A stretch of DNA of 64,000 nt from an uncultured Thermoplasmata archaeon (GTDB taxonomy: Archaea; Thermoplasmatota; Thermoplasmata; RBG-16-68-12). The first letter of the stretch is position 1. Every line of letters starts with the position of its first letter. Positions 19,258 to 27,868 of this stretch are shown one piece after another. Below the pieces are notes generated by a model. The model saw nothing but the letters and a program-made list of their open reading frames with translations. It did no database searches and was not told the DNA's origin. The position numbers and the translations under genes were made by a program. The stretch lies in NCBI GenBank assembly GCA_963768855.1, contig CAVYJM010000011.1, positions 192,001 to 256,000 of the forward strand, read 5' to 3'.

Positions 19258-19271
19258 CTGCGGATGATACT

Positions 19272-19607
19272 ATGTCGGAGCGGGTGCGTGTGAGAACCCC
19301 CCAGAAGGTGGGTGTGCTCGGCATCGTGCTGATTGTCGTAGGGGCATCCTTCACGGTTCTCCTTCCGTGGAGCGGGACGACGCTCAGCGGTGCCTCGTAC
19401 CCCGTAGGAGTCGCCTTCTTCGCGCTCGGCGGAGCCCTGTTCTTCGTCGGTGTTATCTGGGCATGGGTGGTCGGGTTTGCGAACGCCACACGGGCATGGG
19501 ATACGGTTCGACGGCCGCTGTTTTGCCCCGCGTGCGGCCAGCGGTATCCGGAGGAGCAGGGACACACCTGCCCGAAGGATGGCTCGGAACTGAGACCCGT
19601 GGCGTAG
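19272..19607 (+). CDS. Two-TM membrane protein with C-terminal zinc ribbon
   Basis: Two hydrophobic helices; CPACG...TCPKDGSEL. Confidence 0.75.
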   Translation: MSERVRVRTPQKVGVLGIVLIVVGASFTVLLPWSGTTLSGASYPVGVAFFALGGALFFVGVIWAWVVGFANATRAWDTVRRPLFCPACGQRYPEEQGHTCPKDGSELRPVA

Positions 19608-19613
19608 GTGACT

Positions 19614-19637
19614 CCGAGTCGGCCGGAAGAGCTACGC
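19614..19637 (+). repeat. Truncated hairpin repeat copy 4
   Basis: CCGAGTCGGCCGGAAGAGCTACGC, 6 bp after the stop. Confidence 0.6.
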
Positions 19638-20384
19638 ATTGCAACCCTTTGGGCATCGCCAAGACCCGTCGCCACCATCGTGCTCGTCGAGGGACTCGAT
19701 GTCCGGGAGCCACGCCTGACCGCATTTTCGACATTGGACGATGATGCGCTGGGAACCAACGATGTCCACGACTTCGAAGAAGGCGGAAGCAGGCGGCCTC
19801 ACGCCTGAACGAAGAAAGAACCGCGGATAAGGTCTTGCAGCCGGGGGGGCGGATATGAGGAAAGGGCCGAGGTCCGCAATGGACCCCGGCGTGCAGGGGA
19901 ACAGGGCGTCGGCTAACGAAGCACGAGGAGCGTCTCGATAGCATTCTGCTAAATTGCCCGGCTCAGGCCTATCATCCCGAGCATAGTGTCAAAGTTCAAT
20001 CCTCGCTGATTGAAGTCCCTGGCACATCGTTTTCTCTCCATATGGAAGGCAACTCGCTATGGGTCCGGACGGACCTGTTCTCTCCATTAAGTCAGTCTAA
20101 GGGGAAAGTGAGGCGACCGGGGGTGCCCAATCGCCTCATGCGGGGACAGTAGACCAGACGACGAATCTCGCCTCCACGCGCTGATTGATTCCGGTTTGAA
20201 GGATTGACCACGAATCCGCACGACGGCGCTCCACCCATACGCCCGGTGCAGATTTGGCCTGTACCTGTCGTCAAGGTACCGACTAGACTCCCGTGGCACC
20301 TTTCCCCTTCATGCTGCGCCCTCGCGGGCGCGGCCCCTTCCGGGGCAAACAACGACTAAGTGCCGGGAGCTGCATCTCGCCAGC

Positions 20385-20579
20385 ATGGCTCTCAAGATGA
20401 GCGCGACGGGGATCATTGAGGTGTTCGTCTTTCTTGGCGTGGCAACCGTCGCCCTACTGCTGGTTGGGGTCGCGTCGAGCATGGAACAAGTCTTTCTTCT
20501 CGGCATTGGAGTTCTAATCCTAACTGGCATCATGGCCGGGGTTGTGGTCCTCTACAGGGCGCTCTCCAGCCCGGAGTAG
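20385..20579 (+). CDS. Small two-TM protein
   Basis: 64-aa hydrophobic ORF. Confidence 0.5.
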   Translation: MALKMSATGIIEVFVFLGVATVALLLVGVASSMEQVFLLGIGVLILTGIMAGVVVLYRALSSPE

Positions 20580-20597
20580 GCGGTCTCGAGCACGGGC

Positions 20598-20951
20598 ATG
20601 CTCGTGTTCGCCGCGATGTCGGGCTCGAGACCTCGGCTGCGGCGGTGGGGAGCCCTCCTCGGCCTCTTGGCCTTCGTCCTCGCACTCGTTGCGCTCCTCT
20701 ACGTCCTGGTGCTGCTCCCAGGAGCCGCGACTCAAGACATCGGGGCTCCCGCCATTCTGTACTCGGGCTTCTGGGGTTCCGGAGACTACTCATTCATGCA
20801 TGGAGGTGCAACCGTCACCTGGGGAGCAGGATGGGCCTGGTACGCGCTCATGGCCGCGGCCGTCCTGTCTCTGATTGGCGTCATCGTCCTGTTCCGCGCG
20901 CGGGCACCATCCTCCATGCAGGCCGCTCCGCAGGCAACACAGCAGCCGTAG
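20598..20951 (+). CDS. Small membrane protein
   Basis: TM segments around TWGAGWAWY; Gln-rich tail. Confidence 0.6.
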   Translation: MLVFAAMSGSRPRLRRWGALLGLLAFVLALVALLYVLVLLPGAATQDIGAPAILYSGFWGSGDYSFMHGGATVTWGAGWAWYALMAAAVLSLIGVIVLFRARAPSSMQAAPQATQQP

Positions 20952-20955
20952 TCCA

Positions 20956-21041
20956 GAGGAGAGTGCCCCCGCCCCGTCGTCCCCCGAGCGGCCGGAAGGG
21001 CTATGCCTCGAAGAGGTTCGAAGTCACATGGATTCGAACCC
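20956..21041 (+). repeat. Hairpin repeat copy 5 plus 11-6-11 palindrome
   Basis: GAGGAGAGTGCCCCCGCCCCGTCG..CCGAGCGGCCGGAAGGGCTATGCC, then AGGTTCGAAGT-CACATG-GATTCGAACCC (21014-21041). Confidence 0.88.
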
Positions 21042-21130
21042 GCCGGGTCACGGTCCCCTCTAGGCTGGGGGAGGACCCTCGGGCCTGCCTCCGCTACAGT
21101 TAAGCGGGGACATCCCTTGGGCCGGCCCTG

Positions 21131-21967
21131 GTGACGCCCATGGTTCCGAGGACCGCGGGGGATGCCTCTCAGCTCTGGACCGCCTTCCGCCACCAGTCTC
21201 TCTTCTACTTGCGGACGAACCGGTTCCTCGGGCTCCTCGCTGTGACTGTCGCCTTGGCCGCCGTTTTCCTTGCTTTTGAGCTGTATGCCGGGACCGCCTC
21301 GGTTTTGGCGACGAACCCGACAGCTTCCTCCTATCTCGCAGGGTCCCTTGGAAGCGTGGGGTTCAGCGTGGCCCTCACCGCCGCGTTCTTCGGAGGCGAT
21401 GCGATCGCGAGGGACTTCGGGAGCGCCACGGGGTACTATGTCCTCGTCCTTCCCGTGCGTCGGAGGGTCCTGCTCCTGGGACGGTACCTCGCAGCCTCCC
21501 TGGTCTCGTTCGGGGTCTTGCTCTCCTACTACGCCATCGCGGCGGCGGGCACCTGGTACTTCTACGGGGGCCTCCCCATGACCCTGGCGGCCTCCCTCGG
21601 ACTCGGGGCGCTTCTCACCCTCGCGACCGTGGCCTTCGCGTTCTTCCTGAGCTCCCTCTTTCGGAACCCGTCCGTGAGCATGATCGTGACCGTCCTCCTC
21701 CTCTGGATCGCCCTGCCTACCATTACCAGCGCTGTTGGCGAATTCGGCGGCATCGAGCCTTGGCCGTCTTTGTCCTACGGCAGTAATGTCGTCACCTTGG
21801 TCTTCGCAGGGAGCTACGCTCACGACTCCCTCATGACGATTGGCCCCCTAACGTTCCATGTCTTCCAGCCCTACATCTGGGAGGGGATCGCCATCATGAT
21901 CGCGTACCTCGTGATTTTCCTCGCAATCGCGGGCCTCCTGTACCGTTACAAGGAGGTCCGCGGATGA
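21131..21967 (+). CDS. ABC-2 type transporter permease
   Basis: Six TM segments; GGDAIARDF..TGYY..VLPVRR..LLLGRY. Confidence 0.85.
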   Translation: MTPMVPRTAGDASQLWTAFRHQSLFYLRTNRFLGLLAVTVALAAVFLAFELYAGTASVLATNPTASSYLAGSLGSVGFSVALTAAFFGGDAIARDFGSATGYYVLVLPVRRRVLLLGRYLAASLVSFGVLLSYYAIAAAGTWYFYGGLPMTLAASLGLGALLTLATVAFAFFLSSLFRNPSVSMIVTVLLLWIALPTITSAVGEFGGIEPWPSLSYGSNVVTLVFAGSYAHDSLMTIGPLTFHVFQPYIWEGIAIMIAYLVIFLAIAGLLYRYKEVRG

Positions 21968-22902
21968 CGTCGGGACCGAGCCTCGAAGCGGCCGACCTCA
22001 GCAAGGCCTACGCCCGCGTACTCGCGCTCGACGGCGTGTCGTTCCGGTACGAGGGGCCGGGGGCGATTGGCTACCTCGGGCCCAACGGCGCGGGCAAGAC
22101 GACGACCCTCAAGCTGTTCACGAGCCTCCTCCGGCCGACTCGCGGGCGGGCGTTCGTTGACGGCATCGACGTTGCGAAGAATCCGAAGGCGGCCCTCGCG
22201 GATGTGGGCGCATTGATTGAAACCCCCGAGCCCTACCCACGTCAGAGCGTGGAGGAGGCCCTGCGGATGGTGGGGGAGTTCCGGGGCATACCAGCTGAGG
22301 AACTCCGGGAGCAGATTGGGAAGTACGTCGAGGCTTTGGATCTTCCGCCCCTCGACGCTCGGATTGGCAGCCTCTCGAAAGGCCAGAAGCAGAGGGTCGT
22401 CTTCGCGGCGACGCTCCTCGGGGACCCACGACTGCTCCTCCTCGACGAGCCGACGAACGGCCTCGACCCGGCGGAACGGGTCCGGGTACGCGAGGTGCTG
22501 CGGGACCTCAAGAAGGACCGCCTCATCTTCATGAGCTCCCATCTGCTCCAAGAGGTCACGGAGGTCTGCGACCGCGTGATGTTCCTGAACCGGGGCAAGG
22601 TCCTCCTCGAGGACTCTGTCGCTCACTTGGCGGATCGGTTCAAGGCGACGCGGGTTGATGTGGAATTCAGTGCTCCGGTCGCCATGAATCGCCTCAGCCC
22701 GCTGCAAGGCCTAGCCCTAGGGGTCATGGCCCTCTCGGACCGCCGGCTGCGGATCGAGTTCGACGGATCCACGGAAACCCGCACGAAAATCCTCGTCGCG
22801 TGCCAGGCCGTCGGCGCCGTCGTCTCCTTCAGCAGCGCCGGCCTCGCGCTTGAGGATGCGTACCTCCAGCTGCTTCAGGGTTCAGCCAACGGCGGCCGTT
22901 AG
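21964..22902 (+). CDS. ABC transporter ATP-binding protein
   Basis: GPNGAGKTT, LSKGQKQR, LLLDEPTNGLDP, SSHLL. Confidence 0.92.
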   Translation: MTSGPSLEAADLSKAYARVLALDGVSFRYEGPGAIGYLGPNGAGKTTTLKLFTSLLRPTRGRAFVDGIDVAKNPKAALADVGALIETPEPYPRQSVEEALRMVGEFRGIPAEELREQIGKYVEALDLPPLDARIGSLSKGQKQRVVFAATLLGDPRLLLLDEPTNGLDPAERVRVREVLRDLKKDRLIFMSSHLLQEVTEVCDRVMFLNRGKVLLEDSVAHLADRFKATRVDVEFSAPVAMNRLSPLQGLALGVMALSDRRLRIEFDGSTETRTKILVACQAVGAVVSFSSAGLALEDAYLQLLQGSANGGR

Positions 22903-22961
22903 CCCCAGCAGGCAACCCACCGGGCGGGCCGCTCCAAACGCAACCCAGCAGCTGTAGCCAA

Positions 22962-23049
22962 GAGGGAAGGTGCCCTCGCCCCGTTCGCCCCCGAGCGGCC
23001 GGAAGGGCATTATCCCCGGTGAAGTGCGAAATCACATGGAATCGAACCC
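22962..23049 (+). repeat. Hairpin repeat copy 6 plus degenerate 11-6-11 palindrome
   Basis: GAGGGAAGGTGCCCTCGCCCCGTTCG..CCGAGCGGCCGGAAGGGC, then AAGTGCGAAAT-CACATG-GAATCGAACCC (23022-23049). Confidence 0.85.
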
Positions 23050-23186
23050 ACGAGTTCGCTACTGATGTGTCAAGGGCGTCTTCGATGGCCGCCCACGCTA
23101 CTCCGACCTGAATCGGATGGCTCACGAGGTGCTAGCCGAACCTCGTGACGACGACCGCGACGGCAATCCAGAGGACGGCCGCTTTG

Positions 23187-24173
23187 TCAGGTTCTGTCGT
23201 TGTGTTCCAAAGTTATGACCACATTTCCTTTTTTGCGTCCTGTTTCGACATACCTGTGGGCCTCGGCGGTCTGCTCCAACGGATAGCGTCTGTCGATGAC
23301 CGACCTGATCTTTCCCGCCTCAATGAGCTCTTTGAGGGCGGTCAGATTCTCGGTGCTGAGGGGCGCTGCCCCACCGACTATTCTCTTGCCGCCTGTAACC
23401 GAAGTCCATCGCCCTCGAATTCTTGTTGACAGCGAAGGGTTACCCAAGAGTAAGATTCCTTCTTCCTTCAGTGATCCTACGCAACCCGAAAACGAACCCT
23501 TGCCTATCACGTCAAAAATGACATCATAGGTCTTGCCGCTTTTGGTGAAGTCTTCTTGAGTGTAATCAATGACATGGTCTGCACCAATGGAGCGCAGCAT
23601 GTCCAATTTCCCCGCGCTGTCCACGCCCGTCACCTCAGCCTCGAATGACTTGGCAAGCTGCACCGCAATGGTGCCTATGCTTCCACCCGCACCATTAATC
23701 AGAACCTTCTGTCCGCTCTGGATCCTTCCCTTTCGAAGAAAATGCAAGGCATTGAGTCCTCCGAGAGGAACGGCGGCAGCTTCCTCATAGGTCATGTTGG
23801 CTGGCTTCAGTGACACGCTTTCTTCAGGCAGACATGCGTACTCAGCATAGGCGCCAAAATGAAAACCGGTAGCAGCAAAGACCTGGTCACCTTTCCTAAA
23901 GCGCCTTACCTCTTTGCCTACTGATTCGATCTCCCCGGCTAGCTCCTGCCCCAGGATGGTTACTCTCTTTGGTCTTCTGAGACCCGTATACATTCGCATG
24001 AGGAGCCGGAACAAGATGGCGAGTCTGAGACTTCGCATCTCACAGTCCCCTGCTGTCACCGTTGTCGCGTGCACTCTTATCAGTGCTTCATTGTCCTTGG
24101 GATTCGGTCTTTCGACCTCTTGGAGCTCAAGACCATCCGGTGGTCCGTATTTTGTCCACACGATCGCTTTCAT
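23187..24173 (-). CDS. NAD(P)-dependent alcohol dehydrogenase / quinone oxidoreductase (MDR family)
   Basis: [42 protein letters not shown]; visibly lower GC than neighbours. Confidence 0.9.
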   Translation of the reverse strand: MKAIVWTKYGPPDGLELQEVERPNPKDNEALIRVHATTVTAGDCEMRSLRLAILFRLLMRMYTGLRRPKRVTILGQELAGEIESVGKEVRRFRKGDQVFAATGFHFGAYAEYACLPEESVSLKPANMTYEEAAAVPLGGLNALHFLRKGRIQSGQKVLINGAGGSIGTIAVQLAKSFEAEVTGVDSAGKLDMLRSIGADHVIDYTQEDFTKSGKTYDVIFDVIGKGSFSGCVGSLKEEGILLLGNPSLSTRIRGRWTSVTGGKRIVGGAAPLSTENLTALKELIEAGKIRSVIDRRYPLEQTAEAHRYVETGRKKGNVVITLEHNDRT

Positions 24174-24261
24174 GGGTCCCCTCCAAGAGGGCCTTGATCC
24201 GACCATCTTTCCATGTAGTTCTAAAATCTATCCCACGAGTTTGCCGGACCTAACCACCCAA

Positions 24262-24500
24262 GTTCTGTTGGGGCGGGGTCTCGCCCGCAGCCCCGGGTGG
24301 AAACCCCGAAGGAGCCGCCGAACGCCGTGAATCCTGCGGAGGGCGGGAACTCCGGCACCGGGAATTGCCTGCGCTCCCGAGGAACTCCGGAGGTCTCGGG
24401 TGGGGAACACAGTCTCGGATTCGCTATCGGGAATCCGGCGAGAGGCGCTAAGAGTGCGATTCCCACATACTCCGAGCGTCCGGTGGGAAACCGGCACACA
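24262..24500 (+). other. Highly structured GC-rich leader upstream of the Hsp20 gene (candidate ncRNA)
   Basis: Hairpins GGGCG/CGCCC, GGGT-GGAA-ACCC, CCCGAG/CTCGGG, GGATTC/GAATCC, CCGGT-GGGAA-ACCGG. Confidence 0.35.
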
Positions 24501-24526
24501 CGACAGAAGAGAAGGGAGGGAAGACA

Positions 24527-25267
24527 ATGGAGTACCGTGCGAGTGGTTCGAACGAGCATATGATTGGAGAGACGAAGCTTTGGCGTTCCTCGGAGGCGCG
24601 CCTGCTTGAACCGCCAGCCAGCGAACTCCAGTTCGCCTTGGCGCGTGGGGCCGGGGAGCTGAGAGACCTCGAACGACGGATTCAGCGCATCCAAGCCTCG
24701 ACGGAGCGCGTCCTCGCCTCGAGCCGCGGGCTTCTGCCCGCCTACAGTCCGCTCGCCGCCGAGATCGCGGAGGCGGCACAGGAAGCTGAGCAGGCCCAGC
24801 GGCAGATTGGATCGACCCGGGCGTTCTTGGAGAACTCGACGGGACCCGTGGGCGCGGCCGGCGCATTCGCGGCGCTGGGCGCGGTCGCAGGTCCGGCCTC
24901 GAGCATCCAGGGCTCGCGAGGGAGCGAGTTCCCGAGCTCCCACGTCCGGCTACCTTTCGTGGAGATCCGGGACAACGGCAAGGAGTTCCTCGTGCGAGCG
25001 GAACTCCCGGGCATGTCCAAGGAAGACATCGAGGTCGAGGCTACGGAAGGCTCCCTCCGCGTCCTTGCGGAGCAGGAGGACAAGGCGACGGAGGCGGGGC
25101 AGCTCATATCCGGCGAGCGCCTTGCGAAGCAGTTCGAGCGGACCGTGGCATTGCCCGAGTACGTGGTGCCGAGCAAGGCCATGGCCGCGTTCCGTGACGG
25201 CATCCTCGAAGTGACGCTGCCGAAGAAGCACCCGGGAGAGCCCGCGCAGAGGTTGATCCTCAAGTGA
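24527..25267 (+). CDS. Hsp20/alpha-crystallin protein with long N-terminal extension
   Basis: VEIRDNGKEFLVRAELPGMSKEDIEV, FERTVALP, AAFRDGILEVTLPK. Confidence 0.88.
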   Translation: MEYRASGSNEHMIGETKLWRSSEARLLEPPASELQFALARGAGELRDLERRIQRIQASTERVLASSRGLLPAYSPLAAEIAEAAQEAEQAQRQIGSTRAFLENSTGPVGAAGAFAALGAVAGPASSIQGSRGSEFPSSHVRLPFVEIRDNGKEFLVRAELPGMSKEDIEVEATEGSLRVLAEQEDKATEAGQLISGERLAKQFERTVALPEYVVPSKAMAAFRDGILEVTLPKKHPGEPAQRLILK

Positions 25268-25485
25268 TCCACGAGGATCGGTACATAGTTCGCCGGGGTT
25301 GAGAGGCCTCTGCCTGCAGGGACAGGACATCGGTAGGCGTCGGCCTTGAGTCCTGGCAACTACCCGTCCATTGACTCGGATTTCAGAGGTATAGAGCAAA
25401 TCCGCACGACGGCAAACCTTGAGAACATGCAGAAAAGGCCGGGGCTTCGCTGCCACCCGTCGGAGACCATGTGCACAGAGGCTCT

Positions 25486-25645
25486 CCGCCGGGAGCACTC
25501 TCACACGAGGTCCTTTTTCCGGTAGCAGATGGGAAGGCCAACGGTAGCAACCTAACACTAGGTCGATCTTCCGGTAGCAGATGGGCCGGGGCTTATCCCG
25601 CTTCCACCCCATTTCCGCTCGCCGGAGCGGCCGGAAGGGCTATGG
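25486..25645 (+). repeat. tRNA-Glu 3'-end copy plus about 160-bp arm (direct repeat with 35944-36105), ending in hairpin copy 7
   Basis: CCGCCGGGAGCACTCTCACACGAGGTCCTTTTTCCGGTAGCAGAT identical in both; three CGGTAGCA boxes; CCGCTC-GCCG-GAGCGG hairpin. Confidence 0.88.
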
Positions 25646-25677
25646 CGTGACCGGTCGATGCGGCTGCAGGGGGTGGA

Positions 25678-26037
25678 GTGATGCAACCGAATACGACAGA
25701 AAGCGGTCCGTCCGAGACACCATGCCGCGCTTGCGGCTCATCTGCGCGGTTGGTGGGGACCGAGCAATTTCGTGTAGGAGGCACGTCCGGTGGCTGGAAG
25801 CTGCTGTTCGGTGAATGGGCCGAGCTGGGCGAGGAGATGATGCCCCTTGAGATGTGGGTGTGCCCTTCCTGCCGTCGAGTAGAATTCCGAGTCCCCGTGG
25901 GCTACAAGCGACCGGATGAGGTCGCGCGGGGACTGCGATACGCATGTCCAGGATGTGGCGGCGATGTTTATCACGGTCAGACCGCGTGTCCCGAGTGCGG
26001 CTACGTGTTGAAGGATTCCCCCACGTCAGAGGGGTAA
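25678..26037 (+). CDS. Double zinc-ribbon protein
   Basis: CRACG...VCPSCRRVEF, CPGCG...CPECG. Confidence 0.75.
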   Translation: MMQPNTTESGPSETPCRACGSSARLVGTEQFRVGGTSGGWKLLFGEWAELGEEMMPLEMWVCPSCRRVEFRVPVGYKRPDEVARGLRYACPGCGGDVYHGQTACPECGYVLKDSPTSEG

Positions 26038-26086
26038 GGTCCCCCGCCCCGTCGCGCCCGCAAGCGGCCGGAAGGGCAATGCCGGG
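26028..26086 (+). repeat. Hairpin repeat copy 8, overlapping the upstream stop codon
   Basis: GAGGGGTAAGGTCCCCCGCCCCGTCGCGCCCGCAAGCGGCCGGAAGGGCAATGCCGGG. Confidence 0.85.
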
Positions 26087-26183
26087 ACGGGCGAAGGGAG
26101 GATGGCGCGTCGCCGAACAACGACGAAGAAGGAGGAGGGAGGCTTACGCATGTTTAAGGTCTAGGGCGACGTCCACTCGGTTT

Positions 26184-26525
26184 ATGGCTAGACAAAAGCA
26201 CTCTGAACCCGCCCACGTTAGTGTACTTCGTGATGTACCTCCGGAGAATGCGTTCTACTTCTACGAAGGGATCGGTCAACCGACCGGTGTGGCTTCCAAG
26301 AACCTGGCTGAGTTCCGCGACCAGACGAAGGGCGCCAGTCCCACGTCCATCGAGTTTCACCTCGAGCGAGGCGATTTCGAGAACTGGTTCCGAATGTTGG
26401 GCGACGAGTCGCTCTCGCATCAGGTGGCCAATCTGAGGAAGCGAAGGCCCGCGGCCGACCAACTGCCCAGTCGTCTCTCGAGCCTTGTCGACTCGCGAAT
26501 CCGCCAGCTGCGGAGATCAGGGTAG
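26184..26525 (+). CDS. DUF5752-like protein
   Basis: LRDVPPENAFYF, SIEFHLERGDFENWF; family recalled from glucan-metabolism loci. Confidence 0.7.
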   Translation: MARQKHSEPAHVSVLRDVPPENAFYFYEGIGQPTGVASKNLAEFRDQTKGASPTSIEFHLERGDFENWFRMLGDESLSHQVANLRKRRPAADQLPSRLSSLVDSRIRQLRRSG

Positions 26526-26881
26526 CCAGGAGCATTCGTCCTCCCGCAGGCAATGCAGCGTTTTCTCGGACTTCCTCCTGCGGCAGAGAATGCGCACCGA
26601 CGCGAAACGTCAACCGAGCCTGCAGCCCACGCTCGGTCAAGCGGGTCACCCTGCAAGATCCTGGCACACGATGCGAGCCGCTCTGGATCAATCCTCGGGT
26701 CCGACTCCTGGCCAACTCTCCTCCGTGCGGGTGAGCGCGCCAAGGACGAGGCGTTCCCGCGAGGCACCCCGGGGCGGCTCATTCCCGGGAGTCTGGCCCT
26801 TCGTGTCGCGCGGAGGGACGTCACGGCACAACCCTAAAATACGGAGGCCTTCATCGACGGGCGTCCCCTGCAGGCGTCCCC

Positions 26882-27868
26882 ATGCCCGAACTCCGGAAGG
26901 ACTACGTGACGGACACCTGGGTGGTGTTCTCCCCGGCCCGCTCGAAGCGGCCCACGGACTTTCACACCCAGACGCGGCCCACCGACAAGGCGAAATGCCC
27001 CTTCTGCCCGGGCCACGAGGCCATGACGCCGCCGGAGATCCTCGCGTACCGGAAGGATGGCTCTCCGAACTCCCCCGGATGGTGGATCCGCTGCATCCCG
27101 AACGCCTACCCTGCCCTCGAAATCGAGGGCGAGCTCCACCGACACGTCACCCAGCTGTTCCACAGCATGAGCGGCATCGGCGCCCACGAGGTCATCGTCG
27201 AGACGCCGGAGCACGCGGCCAACCTCTCCGCCCTGAGCGACTTCCAGATGCAGGAGGTGATCACCGCCTACAAGCAGCGGTACGTCGACCTCACGCGGGA
27301 CAAGCGGTTCAAGTACATCCTCATCTTCAAGAACCACGGAGAGCGCGCCGGTGCGTCGATCTCGCATCCGCACTCGCAGCTGATCGCGACCCCCATCCTC
27401 CCGCGCCATCTCCTCGAGGAGGTGAACGCGCTCCACCGGTTCTACGAGGCCACGGGCGGCTCGTGCATCTACTGCGAGATCGTGGAGACCGAACTGGAGG
27501 AGAAGCGGCGGATTGTCTCCGAGAACCGATCGTTCGTCGCGATCTCGCCCTACGCCGCCCGTTTCCCCTTCGAGACGTGGATCCTCCCGAAGTCCCACGA
27601 GAACGCCTTCGAGGACATCACCGACGAGGAGCGTGCCCCACTCGCCTCGATGATGAAGGACGTGCTCGGTCGCCTGTACCACGTCCTGGACGATCCCCCC
27701 TTCAACTTCTACATCCACACCTCGCCCTGCGACCGCAAGGAGGTCAAGTTCCACTGGCACGTGGAGATCACGCCGCGGCTCACGGAGACGGCAGGCTTCG
27801 AGCGCGGAACCGGGTTCTACATCAACCCGGTGATGCCCGAGGACGCGGCCTCGATCCTGCGCGGCTAG
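26882..27868 (+). CDS. galT: Galactose-1-phosphate uridylyltransferase family (GalT/HIT)
   Basis: ELRKD, CPFCPG, GAHEVIVETP, FKNHG..GASISHPHSQ, FHWHVEITPR. Confidence 0.93.
   Translation: MPELRKDYVTDTWVVFSPARSKRPTDFHTQTRPTDKAKCPFCPGHEAMTPPEILAYRKDGSPNSPGWWIRCIPNAYPALEIEGELHRHVTQLFHSMSGIGAHEVIVETPEHAANLSALSDFQMQEVITAYKQRYVDLTRDKRFKYILIFKNHGERAGASISHPHSQLIATPILPRHLLEEVNALHRFYEATGGSCIYCEIVETELEEKRRIVSENRSFVAISPYAARFPFETWILPKSHENAFEDITDEERAPLASMMKDVLGRLYHVLDDPPFNFYIHTSPCDRKEVKFHWHVEITPRLTETAGFERGTGFYINPVMPEDAASILRG

Noticed and set aside
20362-20370. GCCGGGAGC as a further tRNA-Glu att copy
   Set aside because: Only 9 bp in high-GC DNA and no arm follows
20577-20597. In-frame TAG between two membrane ORFs (possible pyrrolysine readthrough)
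   Set aside because: No pyl genes or methylamine methyltransferase context; the second ORF has its own ATG
24310-24360. Resemblance of the Hsp20 leader to the c-di-AMP (ydaO) riboswitch
   Set aside because: The 3' conserved CCCGTCAGCTAAC-type element is absent
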